Virus record (IMG/VR): IMGVR_UViG_3300049856_000265
Location: 21,555 to 85,554 of that record
Length of the DNA: 64,000 nt
Reading direction: 5' to 3' (one strand)
Origin: a virus
A program made the translations under genes and the position numbers. The stretch's first letter is position 1; every line of letters starts with the position of its first letter. This document shows positions 1 through 9,008 of the stretch, piece by piece. The notes under the pieces are model-generated. The model had not been told where the DNA came from and ran no database searches. It worked only from the letters and a program-made list of their open reading frames with translations.

Positions 1-4
1 TTAA

Positions 5-1141
5 ATGGGCAAAGGTACACGAGCAATAGGTGGGGCTGCTCAAGGAGCTGCGGCGGGAGCTGCTCTTGGTCCATGGGGTGCAGTTGCTGGTGGTGCTTTA
101 GGTGCTTTGGGCGGTCTTTTTGGAGGCGGCGAATCTGAAGAAGAAAAAGCAGCAAAAGCCATACAACAAGCGTATGGCGACCAGACAATCCTAACGCCCG
201 AGCAACGTCGAGTTCAGTTAGAATATCTTAAAAGTGTGGGTCAACTTACTCCAGAAATGGAACAAGCCATTGCCCAACAAGATACCCAACTTAAAAGTAT
301 CAATGTAGATCCTCGTTTTAAGAGCGCCCAGATGGCTGCCCTTAATCGATTGAACCAACAAGGCCACGAAGGTCTTACCCTTGAAGATCGTTCAGCCTTG
401 GCCGATGTACAGCGTCAAAATGCCCAAGCTCAACGTGGTCAACAAGAAGCTATTCTTCAAAATGCTCAAGCTCGTGGAATGGGCGGAGCCGGTGCTGAAC
501 TGGCTGCGCGTCTGTCTTCTGCACAATCTGGAGCAGACCAAGCAGGTAGCCAAGGCCTTAAAGTAGCGGCACAAGCTCAACAAAATGCCTTGCAAGCTAT
601 GCTTGCAGGTGGTAATCTGGCAGGACAGATGGGTCAACAAGAGTTTTCAAATCAAGCTCAAGTCGGATCAGCTCAAGATCTTATTAATAGGTTTAATACT
701 GGAAATCAACAAAATGTCCAACATAGCAATGTTGGAGCCCGTAATGCAGCTCAAGAATCTAATCTTAGGGATGCTCAAAATCGAGAAGCTAATCGAGTTG
801 ATACTATGAATAGACAGCGCCAAGGCGATGCTAATAACCTTATAGACTACACAAATTCGCACAATAATCAATTAATTGGCAAAGCTGGAGCTGGAATGGG
901 TGTTGCCCAAGCTCATACGGCTGCTGAACAGCGTGCCGATTCTGGATATGCTAGTCTTCTTGGTGGCGTTGGTGGAGCCGTTAGCGCTGCTAAATCCATG
1001 ATTCCTAGTAGCTTGACCAGTGGTACAGCTCCTAGTGCCTATGCAAAACAAGCAAATGCCGGAACTAGTCCTTTGGCAAAAGCCCCAAACCTGATACCTG
1101 AAGAAGACGATCTTCTTGGAACGAATAAGTGGTTTAAATAA
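5..1141 (+). CDS. putative internal virion / DNA ejection protein (Gln/Ala/Gly-rich)
   Basis: Gly-zipper N-terminus (GAALGPWGAVAGGALG) followed by a long Q/A/N-rich helical body; first of three tightly coupled large genes at the end of the virion module. Confidence 0.6.
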   Translation: MGKGTRAIGGAAQGAAAGAALGPWGAVAGGALGALGGLFGGGESEEEKAAKAIQQAYGDQTILTPEQRRVQLEYLKSVGQLTPEMEQAIAQQDTQLKSINVDPRFKSAQMAALNRLNQQGHEGLTLEDRSALADVQRQNAQAQRGQQEAILQNAQARGMGGAGAELAARLSSAQSGADQAGSQGLKVAAQAQQNALQAMLAGGNLAGQMGQQEFSNQAQVGSAQDLINRFNTGNQQNVQHSNVGARNAAQESNLRDAQNREANRVDTMNRQRQGDANNLIDYTNSHNNQLIGKAGAGMGVAQAHTAAEQRADSGYASLLGGVGGAVSAAKSMIPSSLTSGTAPSAYAKQANAGTSPLAKAPNLIPEEDDLLGTNKWFK

Positions 1142-1143
1142 CT

Positions 1144-2376
1144 ATGGCATTACCTTTAGATCCTAGTTTATTCATGAATGCTGGAATTGGTAAGACTCGT
1201 AATCTTACTGAAGATGATCTTCATCTTGAAGATTCCTTACAAGATCCTACTCAAGTAGCTATGCCCGAAACAGCACCTCAAGCTGCCCCAATGCCTGCAG
1301 CTATCCCTAAATCGCAGTTTCCTACATTGGCTGGAGTTGAATATAATCCTTCTGATGATTATTCTAAAGCTCTAGAAGATGCTCGAAAAACTGAGCAAAT
1401 GAATAACTTGCTAAAAGCTGGTAATCAAATTGCAGTTGGAGCAGCTGGTTATAGCGGTGCTAAACCTGATATGACTGGAACTAATGAAGTTCTGGATGCC
1501 GTTACTAATAATGCTAAAGGTAAAGCCGCTGACTTTGTATCTAAACAGAAGTTTGGACAAGAACAGACACAAGGTGCTCAATTAAAAAGCAAACTTAAAA
1601 AGGACTCAGATGATTTAGATCCTAATTCTGAAGCTTCTATGAGTATGCGTAAGATGTATGAAACGCAATTTCCTAATATAGCTAAAGCTTATGGACCTTT
1701 GTGGGAACGTGTGGCTGCAGGTGATGCTGATAAGATACTGAAACCTATGGAACTTGGAGAACAAATAGCTGCCCGTAGGCAGAATTTGCAACTAAGTTTG
1801 GATAATAAACGTGATATTGCTCGTGAGAAAGCTGAAGCAGCTAACTCTATGAGTGCTGGTGTTAAAAAGTTAGATCAAGAGTTTGCTAAAGACTATAATG
1901 ACTGGACTAGTGGAGGTCGCGCAGCTTTAGATAAAAACATTGAAAGACTACAAAGCTCCAAAAAAGCATTAGAGTCGGGTGCAGTCAGTTCTGGTAGGTT
2001 TATTGGCCGATTACCTGATATTCTTAAACCAGAAGATCGTATTAGAGTTCGGGATGATGTACATGCTGCTGCAGTGGCCGGAATGCGGGCAGCTCTTGGT
2101 GCGCAATTTACTGAAAAAGAAGGCGAACGTATTCAAGGGTATGCCTTTAATGAAAAGCTTTCTCCTGAAGAGAACATTAAAAAGATTGATGCAGCTATTA
2201 AGGAACTTACTGAAGCCAAAGCTAATAAAGACGCCAAAGCTCTTCAATTTCAACAAAAAGGTACGTTAGCAGGATATACTCCTAAGATCTCCGTAGATAG
2301 TGCACAAGATGCTACTAAAATAGTAAACGGTGTTACTTATAAAAAAGTCCAAGGCGGCTGGCAAAAGGTTAAGTAA
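1144..2376 (+). CDS. putative internal virion / ejection protein
   Basis: 410 aa charged helical protein, short C-terminal VNGVTYKKVQGGW motif, TAATG coupling to the next gene. Confidence 0.55.
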   Translation: MALPLDPSLFMNAGIGKTRNLTEDDLHLEDSLQDPTQVAMPETAPQAAPMPAAIPKSQFPTLAGVEYNPSDDYSKALEDARKTEQMNNLLKAGNQIAVGAAGYSGAKPDMTGTNEVLDAVTNNAKGKAADFVSKQKFGQEQTQGAQLKSKLKKDSDDLDPNSEASMSMRKMYETQFPNIAKAYGPLWERVAAGDADKILKPMELGEQIAARRQNLQLSLDNKRDIAREKAEAANSMSAGVKKLDQEFAKDYNDWTSGGRAALDKNIERLQSSKKALESGAVSSGRFIGRLPDILKPEDRIRVRDDVHAAAVAGMRAALGAQFTEKEGERIQGYAFNEKLSPEENIKKIDAAIKELTEAKANKDAKALQFQQKGTLAGYTPKISVDSAQDATKIVNGVTYKKVQGGWQKVK

Positions 2377-5189
2377 TGGCTGACAATAAAGACTTTCTTA
2401 CTGATGAAGAAATGGCTCAGCATGAGTCTTCGTCATCACCTGACTTTTTGTCAGACGATGACATGCAAAAACATGAAGCCACATCTGAACAAGAAGCGAC
2501 GGCAGAAACTCCAGATTTCTTTAGCATGCCTACTTTAAACGATCCTAGAGAAGCCGGTTTACGAGCTTTTGCTAAAAACGCAACTCTTGGATTTGCTCCT
2601 AAAATTGGAGCAGCTGCTGGAGCTTTAGGCACATTGTCAGAAGCTGGAGTAGATCCTAAACTGGGTCTTTTTGGATCTCTTAAGAAGAATTATGAAGAGG
2701 CTTTACCAGAAGTGCGTAGCCAAACTGCAGCTCAAGACGTTGTAGATGAACGTAATAGTCCTTGGTTAAAGGCTATGGGCGGTTTAGCTGGAACTGGAGC
2801 AGCTTTAGCTGCCGCTACCAGCGCCATGCCTCTTCTTGGCGGTGGAGCAGCCAGTGGAACTGCTGCTTTAGTTCCTGAAATAGGCGCTGGATTAGGTCAA
2901 AGATTAGCATTAAGTACTCTTAAACACGGTCTTATAGGTGCAGAACAGATTCCTGCAATGGCTGCTTATGGGGCGGTTCACGGTGCCGGTAGAACTGAAG
3001 ATCTTACTAATATACCTGATTTGGCCAAAAATGTAGCTACAGATGCCGCAGAGAATGCAGCTATGTCTCCTGTAGGCGGCGCAACTATTGGAGCCCTTGG
3101 AGAATTAGCTCCAGCGGCATATGGCGCAGTTAAACCTTTACTTAATCCATTAGTCAATGCTGGCAAAGGTGTACTAGAACTACCTGGACGTATTCCTTTT
3201 GTAAAAGGACTTGGTAAACGTTTTGCCCTTAATTTGCCAGAAGGTGCTACAACTAGTGGATCTGATGCTAATAAACTTGCAACTTCAGAAGCCTTAATAA
3301 CTGCTGGCAAAGAGGCAACAGTTCCTTTAGAAAAATATCATACTAAACTTATTGAAGAATCAGCTGCTAAAATTACGGATATTGCTAATAGAATATCTAG
3401 TATTACAGCTGAAGGTGCTTCTAATGAAAATCAAAACATCATTAAACAGCAATTAGCACAAGCTAAAGCCATGTTTGCTGATTTAGTCAATGCGGGCGAA
3501 GAGGCTGGTAAAGGCATTGGCGAAATGATGAAGGGTGCTAAGGGCTCTACAAAGGCACTTAAGGATAGCTTTACGGCTCTTGAGACTTCTGTAAAAGAAA
3601 ATCCTTGGCTATCTCAAGACGAAGAAGCTAAAGCTTTTATTAGTCAATATAAACAAGCTATTTCAGAAGCTGGCAAAGAAGTGACATTACCCTCTTCTAT
3701 TATAAGTAAATTTGGAGAAGAGGAAAAAACGGTACTTAAAGACGCTTTTAAGGACGCTAAAAACCTTTCTCCAGAAGATGTAGACTATCTAAAAGAAGTC
3801 ATTAAATTGCCTCAAGATCAACGAATGGAAGCGCTTAGTAAGCGTTTTTCTCAAGTTGAAAATAAAGTTGTTAGTGGAAAAGCTACTAAACTTGCACGGC
3901 CCATTGAAGATACTACGGATGAGCGCGAGTTCTTAGAAGGCTCTTTAAAGCATGCTGAAGAAAACACCCCAGAGCTAGTACCTAGTTTACAAAAAGACCT
4001 AAACAATTTTAGACCTGATGAAGTTACGCAAACTCAAGTTAATTCTGAAATAAAAGCATCTAATCCTTCTGTCTTAAAAGAATCAGCATCTGCACCCGAG
4101 TACCTTAATGCGTTAAAGGCCATTGATGATAAGATTCAAAAAGTAGGATCCGATAGTCAACTTGGCAGAACCTTATCTGAAAATAGAAAAAAGCTAGTAT
4201 CTCAAGCTCGTACTGAACTATTAGGCGAAGCTAAGGGAACGGCAGAAGAGCTAGCCACTAAGTACGGAGCTTTTAAAGACATAATTAATAATTCTAATTT
4301 AGGTAATAAAAAAGAACTGGCCAATAGCCTTCTTAAAGAAATGTCTAGTATTGTAGAGCAGCCCGACACAGCAGTTCAATTAAATAAATTTAATACGCTT
4401 ATAGGCACTGTTGAAAAATTAGATCCATCTTTAGCTAGAAAGCTAACAGAAGAGTTTACAGTTTTAAATCAAGCTAAATCTAATATTCCTAAAGTAACTA
4501 ATCCAGAGCAGGTTGCTAGTTTTCTTCAAAATGAGTTACCCGTAGTTGCTGAAAATGCACCAGGAGATATTGCTAAGAAGAAGATATTTAATCCTTTAGA
4601 ACGTTATGCTGGAAAAGAACAAGCAAGTCAATTAGAACAAGAAGCCACTACGGCTGCTAAAGCAAGACTAGAATCTATTGAAAAACGTAAGTTATCTGAT
4701 ATTACCACTGTTTTACAAAACTTAGGTAATATGAAAAATATGGATCCTAAAACGTTTTCTTATTTTCAAGATCTAGAAAAAGCTTTAAAAGAAATGGATA
4801 AAGCACAAGGCACGGAAGTTGCGCATAAGTTCTTCACAGAGAATGCGCCTTTAATCGAACGATTTAAAGTTATGGCAGAAGACGCCAACCGAACTGGTTT
4901 TAATAAAATACTACAAGGCGGTAATGCATTAGCTGCGCTTGCTGGCAAAATAACAGGAAATGTAAGTCGGGCTTTAGCTAAACCCATTACTCAAGCAAGT
5001 AGTGCTGTATCTTCTAAGTTTCCAAAACTAGTCCAAGCTCAAGATGAGTATATACGTAAAGGCTTGAAATCTGTTCCTAAAGTTATTAATGAACTGCAAT
5101 CTAGTGATCCTATAGTTAGGGCTTCTTCCGCATTTACAGCTTCACAAATCCCATCACTTCGTAAACTCACTAAAGAAGACGAGAAATAA
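2376..5189 (+). CDS. large internal virion / ejection protein
   Basis: 937 aa; acidic N-terminal repeats (DFLTDEEM/DFLSDDDM), Gly/Ala hydrophobic segment, long helical remainder, as in podovirus ejectosome proteins. Confidence 0.55.
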   Translation: MADNKDFLTDEEMAQHESSSSPDFLSDDDMQKHEATSEQEATAETPDFFSMPTLNDPREAGLRAFAKNATLGFAPKIGAAAGALGTLSEAGVDPKLGLFGSLKKNYEEALPEVRSQTAAQDVVDERNSPWLKAMGGLAGTGAALAAATSAMPLLGGGAASGTAALVPEIGAGLGQRLALSTLKHGLIGAEQIPAMAAYGAVHGAGRTEDLTNIPDLAKNVATDAAENAAMSPVGGATIGALGELAPAAYGAVKPLLNPLVNAGKGVLELPGRIPFVKGLGKRFALNLPEGATTSGSDANKLATSEALITAGKEATVPLEKYHTKLIEESAAKITDIANRISSITAEGASNENQNIIKQQLAQAKAMFADLVNAGEEAGKGIGEMMKGAKGSTKALKDSFTALETSVKENPWLSQDEEAKAFISQYKQAISEAGKEVTLPSSIISKFGEEEKTVLKDAFKDAKNLSPEDVDYLKEVIKLPQDQRMEALSKRFSQVENKVVSGKATKLARPIEDTTDEREFLEGSLKHAEENTPELVPSLQKDLNNFRPDEVTQTQVNSEIKASNPSVLKESASAPEYLNALKAIDDKIQKVGSDSQLGRTLSENRKKLVSQARTELLGEAKGTAEELATKYGAFKDIINNSNLGNKKELANSLLKEMSSIVEQPDTAVQLNKFNTLIGTVEKLDPSLARKLTEEFTVLNQAKSNIPKVTNPEQVASFLQNELPVVAENAPGDIAKKKIFNPLERYAGKEQASQLEQEATTAAKARLESIEKRKLSDITTVLQNLGNMKNMDPKTFSYFQDLEKALKEMDKAQGTEVAHKFFTENAPLIERFKVMAEDANRTGFNKILQGGNALAALAGKITGNVSRALAKPITQASSAVSSKFPKLVQAQDEYIRKGLKSVPKVINELQSSDPIVRASSAFTASQIPSLRKLTKEDEK

Positions 5190-5190
5190 C

Positions 5191-5472
5191 ATGTCTAATG
5201 ATAGATTTGATAAGCTAGAGTCTAAAGTTGATCGTCTTGATGAGCGTTTGGATACTATTACGGTAGTTTTGGATAGAAATACGAATTCTTTGCAAGAACA
5301 TATGCGTAGATCTGATGCCAATGAAGCAGCTATTGAAGAAGTCAAAAAGGCAATGTCGCCGGTCGTAAGCCATGTTCAACGTATTACTTGGGCAGTTCGG
5401 GGCATCTTCTGGTTCGTTTCAATCTTGGCTGCAGCGGCGCTACTAGCCCACCAATTAGGTATTCTTAAGTAG
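5191..5472 (+). CDS. holin/XhlA-like membrane protein
   Basis: N-terminal coiled coil plus a single C-terminal TM helix; follows virion genes. Confidence 0.5.
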   Translation: MSNDRFDKLESKVDRLDERLDTITVVLDRNTNSLQEHMRRSDANEAAIEEVKKAMSPVVSHVQRITWAVRGIFWFVSILAAAALLAHQLGILK

Positions 5473-5473
5473 T

Positions 5474-5962
5474 CTAATCTTCGGACTCTTCCCAGTTACC
5501 ACTACGTTTTAAAGCAATTGCCAAAATCATGGCATCTTCTTCGTCATCTTTTACACTTTTCTTAACGGTATTATCAATAGCGTTATTTAAAGCTTCTATA
5601 GTATTAGTATTAGCAATCTTACCCATAGCTAGTGCTTTCGTATACATGCACCTGTTCCTAGCATTGTTTGCGTCGTAGAACGGCTTGCGATCCTTGTAAA
5701 TAAGCTTGCCTTTGTGATCAAAATTAGTAATAACAGTCTCTTCCAAAAAGGCATTTAAAAAGGCTTTCTCTTTATCGTTTAGTTTATCCACGTAATCGCA
5801 GTCAAGTTGTTCAAGGCGAGTTTTAACCTGGCGCTTAAAGTTCAAAGCAGGATACTTTTCCTTATTACGAGGAGTCTTTTGCTTATCGACTGCAAGCTTG
5901 GACTTATTACGGATATTATTCTTGTTCTTTTGTTTCTTTTTTGTTTTTGGCATCCTTGCCAT
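5474..5962 (-). CDS. hypothetical basic protein (likely start MARMPK at 5962)
   Basis: in-frame ATG at 5962 reduces the overlap with the upstream gene; Lys-rich N-terminus. Confidence 0.55.
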   Translation of the reverse strand: MARMPKTKKKQKNKNNIRNKSKLAVDKQKTPRNKEKYPALNFKRQVKTRLEQLDCDYVDKLNDKEKAFLNAFLEETVITNFDHKGKLIYKDRKPFYDANNARNRCMYTKALAMGKIANTNTIEALNNAIDNTVKKSVKDDEEDAMILAIALKRSGNWEESED

Positions 5963-6317
5963 ATTTTCTCGATTTTCCTGTTGTTCCTGGATAAAAACGT
6001 TTATCCGTAAAAATGCTATAACTTTCGGGTAATCCAAAAGAAATAGGATCTAGTCTATAATAAAGACCCCTAGCTGTGCGATAAGGGGTAAAGTGTTCAC
6101 TAAGAATTCGTTTAAAGACAAGTTTGCCCACATGAGTCTTTGGACATTTCTTTTTAAAGAATTCAAATATCATAGTAAAGGCTATTGGATTATCTGCAGC
6201 TTTAATGCCATACATTTGAATAAAGGACTTGACTTCACGCTTACGACCATTGAGTTCAGGCTCTTCCTCAGCTCCAAAAAGAGCAGCTTGGATAAGAGTT
6301 TCAATCTCATCTGACAT
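5916..6317 (-). CDS. hypothetical protein, possibly DNA-binding
   Basis: 133 aa ORF in the minus-strand operon. Confidence 0.55.
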   Translation of the reverse strand: MSDEIETLIQAALFGAEEEPELNGRKREVKSFIQMYGIKAADNPIAFTMIFEFFKKKCPKTHVGKLVFKRILSEHFTPYRTARGLYYRLDPISFGLPESYSIFTDKRFYPGTTGKSRKYGKDAKNKKETKEQE

Positions 6318-6319
6318 AG

Positions 6320-6712
6320 TTACTTATTGATCGCCTTATTGACTCCGAAGGCCAACGCTGTTGTAAGGGCCGCACCGAGGGCAAAGTACAAAGTATTGTG
6401 CCAAAATGAACTATTCTCCCGATCAACTAGCTGTTTTGAAAGAGCTTCTGATTGAGTTCTCCAAAGCACTACTTGGCTATCTAGTAAGGAGTTCTGTTGG
6501 TCTTTAAGCCCAATAAGCTTAGTAGAATTATCCAAGATCATCTTAGTAGTCTTGAGTTCTTCTTTATCTCGTCGTACTTGGAGTTCTTGATCAGTTGAGA
6601 AAACATAACCATCGCAGTTTGAAGGATCACCACGTTTAATGAATTGGACAGGATTGCAAGCTAGTGCCGATTGAGCAAAAAGGAGCGAACCGATAATCAA
6701 GTACTTATGCAT
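6320..6712 (-). CDS. spanin-like envelope protein (signal peptide, coiled coil, C-terminal TM)
   Basis: likely start MHKYL at 6712; signal ends SALA-C; C-terminal hydrophobic helix LYFALGAALTTALAFGV. Confidence 0.5.
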   Translation of the reverse strand: MHKYLIIGSLLFAQSALACNPVQFIKRGDPSNCDGYVFSTDQELQVRRDKEELKTTKMILDNSTKLIGLKDQQNSLLDSQVVLWRTQSEALSKQLVDRENSSFWHNTLYFALGAALTTALAFGVNKAINK

Positions 6713-6713
6713 A

Positions 6714-7004
6714 TTATTTCTTCTTTGCCCAGTAGGCTTCGATTTCGGCTGGCGTTTTGTTGGCTTGTTCTTTCTGATCTGCCACCAGGCGCTCCTGGAG
6801 CCTTGCAGTTGAGTCTTTGACTTCTTGTTGAGCTTGGGCATTAGCCTCAACCTTAGCGCCTATAACGGCATCCTGGAGGCGGCCATCATTAAGCTTGGCA
6901 TCTGCTTTCAAATCACGCTGAAAGTAGTTACGGAGCATTAAAAGGCCTATAATAGCGCCCAGAACTCCTACGATCCATTGCCACATTGATTTAAGCTTTT
7001 CCAT
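6714..7004 (-). CDS. i-spanin-like protein
   Basis: N-terminal TM helix plus a periplasmic coiled coil, adjacent to the spanin-like gene. Confidence 0.5.
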   Translation of the reverse strand: MEKLKSMWQWIVGVLGAIIGLLMLRNYFQRDLKADAKLNDGRLQDAVIGAKVEANAQAQQEVKDSTARLQERLVADQKEQANKTPAEIEAYWAKKK

Positions 7005-7663
7005 TAAATAGTCTCCGATAAGTTATGAAGTTTTTCAAGCCATTGAAACGGAGTAAAAGCCGTATGACTTTGGGTTACTTTATTTAGACCATGATGTCGA
7101 CCAACGGCTAGAGCAATAGCAAGTACATCGGTAATATCATTAGGCATTTGACGCACTTTACGGGTAATGTTGCTAGGGATTTCAGAAGGTAGTTTAACTT
7201 GTTGAGATACCAAGTTAGCTGTAGGTACTTTGTAATCACGTTTGCCTGCCGAGTCTTTAACTGCCTTGATACCTAGAATCCCTCGCCAAGTGGTAGCACC
7301 GAAGTCTAGATAACCTAGTTTGAATTCATCAGCAGCCATGCAAGCAAAAGCATTAATAGTAGGGACTACAGCTGAACCCATCATTTGATTTGGATTAGAA
7401 AAGAAAGCTTCAGTGATTATTACTTCTGGAGTGCCTTCTAGATCGCCTTGTGCGAGTAAACGAAGAGTCTGCTGCATATAACGGTATTTCTTACCTTTAG
7501 ACCAAGAATCTTTAGTCCAGATCATGCCACAAGTTTCAATACCTACTTCTTGAAGCTTAAAATCTAAGGTAATAATGCAAAAAGCCATATGACTAGAACT
7601 AGGATCAAGTACTAGAATGCGATGTTTGTCAGCTTTAAATAGTTGAGGAAGAGAATTAGCCAT
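7004..7663 (-). CDS. ruvC: RuvC-like Holliday junction resolvase
   Basis: ILVLDPSS (catalytic Asp), IITE, ATTWRGILG and C-terminal NDITDVLAIA motifs. Confidence 0.75.
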   Translation of the reverse strand: MANSLPQLFKADKHRILVLDPSSSHMAFCIITLDFKLQEVGIETCGMIWTKDSWSKGKKYRYMQQTLRLLAQGDLEGTPEVIITEAFFSNPNQMMGSAVVPTINAFACMAADEFKLGYLDFGATTWRGILGIKAVKDSAGKRDYKVPTANLVSQQVKLPSEIPSNITRKVRQMPNDITDVLAIALAVGRHHGLNKVTQSHTAFTPFQWLEKLHNLSETI

Positions 7664-7688
7664 AAAAAAAGCGTCACATCCTTGTGAC
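7664..7688 (-). promoter_or_regulatory. hairpin plus U-tract directly before the ruvC ATG; loop matches the CsrA/RsmA site
   Basis: minus strand GTCACA-AGGA-TGTGAC-GC-TTTTTTT-ATG; ACAAGGAUGU fits the consensus ACARGGAUGU. Confidence 0.55.
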
Positions 7689-7695
7689 TTATCTG

Positions 7696-8025
7696 TTATT
7701 CCTTAACAGAAGTAGGTTTAAGAACAGTTTGGCGATGTTTACAATCGCTCTTACTGCAAGAATACAATAGTTTAAAACCCATGTCAATAATAAAGATAGT
7801 ACTTCCACATTTCACACACTTAGGTTTAGTCTCTTTAACAACTTCTGGTGTAGCGTAATTTACTGGATTATCTTTATCAGTTAGTTCGGAATACAAGGCT
7901 TCATTTTTACGGGTATTCTTTTCAGCTCTAGCTAGCTGCTTCTGAAGATGTTTTAACTGAGACTTTTGTTGGCGAATAATACCACGTAGGAATTCTACTT
8001 CACTGCGCTCTTTGGATTTTGACAA
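7696..8025 (-). CDS. coiled-coil plus zinc-ribbon protein
   Basis: CVKC...CSKSDC. Confidence 0.6.
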   Translation of the reverse strand: MSKSKERSEVEFLRGIIRQQKSQLKHLQKQLARAEKNTRKNEALYSELTDKDNPVNYATPEVVKETKPKCVKCGSTIFIIDMGFKLLYSCSKSDCKHRQTVLKPTSVKE

Positions 8026-8657
8026 TCGAGTTCCTTTATCAGCATGTAGGTCGTTTCAACATCATATTGGAGTTCTTTAATTGTATAAAGATTCTTAAGT
8101 ATGAAATCACAATTAGATAAATCAATTTGCTCAGAAGCATGAGTATCTGAACTAGCAATGCCGGGGCGCTCAATGCCGATGGTATAACCGCCTAATTCTT
8201 TAACTAAAGCTTGCTCATTGCTAAAACGGGCGTCATCACAGATGTAATTCTTACCTGCTTTGATTTGGCTTTTGAAAGCATTAAGCCAATAATCTTGGGC
8301 AACAGTCTCACGAAATACTTCAGTACCAACTACTTGGAGTAACTGCCTAGGCGTCATGCAAAGAGTATTGCAAGGATTGTTTATAGCATTAAAAAACTGC
8401 TTAGCTGTAATAGGATAGAACTTAGCGCCTGCAATTCGACAAAGGTCCATTACAGCAACCTTATCTAAGTTAATACTTAGTTCACATTTCTCTTTAGCAA
8501 CTTGATCCGTCAAAAGAAACATAGGAAGATTAAAAGCTTCGGATACGATTTGCTTAAGTGGTCCAGCAAAGCTAAGCCGCTCAAAGCCTTTAGCTTCTAG
8601 TATCTTAGCTACAGTAGATTTACCAGATAGTTTCTTACCAGACAATGAAATGATCAT
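7995..8657 (-). CDS. deoxynucleoside monophosphate kinase
   Basis: P-loop GKKLSGKST, SFAGPLK, TPRQLLQVVGTE, DDARFSNE, HASE. Confidence 0.9.
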   Translation of the reverse strand: MIISLSGKKLSGKSTVAKILEAKGFERLSFAGPLKQIVSEAFNLPMFLLTDQVAKEKCELSINLDKVAVMDLCRIAGAKFYPITAKQFFNAINNPCNTLCMTPRQLLQVVGTEVFRETVAQDYWLNAFKSQIKAGKNYICDDARFSNEQALVKELGGYTIGIERPGIASSDTHASEQIDLSNCDFILKNLYTIKELQYDVETTYMLIKELDCQNPKSAVK

Positions 8658-9007
8658 GCGGTCCCCTTTAGTTGAGAATACAACGTTTGAGCCATCTCTG
8701 TAAAGCGTAAATGATTCTTACCTAGCCAACTAGCTACGATTTCTTCTAAGTTATCGACATCCAATCCTATAACGGAATCAAGGTGCAAGTACTTAAAATA
8801 AGCATGGGTAAGTTCATGGGCCACTACCTCAAGAGAAAGCTCATCATCTCTAAAATCGATCAAGAATTCATTAGGCGAAGTGATAGCTCCTGAATCATCA
8901 CCGTATAACTTTATATATGGCTTAGTTCTCCAAAGACGACAAGTCCATTCATCATTACCTATAATGACTTTTAGGACTACTTTCGGCTTTGCTCTAGTTT
9001 TAGGCAT
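8654..9007 (-). CDS. small HEXXH metallopeptidase-like protein
   Basis: VAHELTHA with downstream EE; likely start MPKT at 9007. Confidence 0.6.
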   Translation of the reverse strand: MPKTRAKPKVVLKVIIGNDEWTCRLWRTKPYIKLYGDDSGAITSPNEFLIDFRDDELSLEVVAHELTHAYFKYLHLDSVIGLDVDNLEEIVASWLGKNHLRFTEMAQTLYSQLKGTA

Positions 9008-9008
9008 A

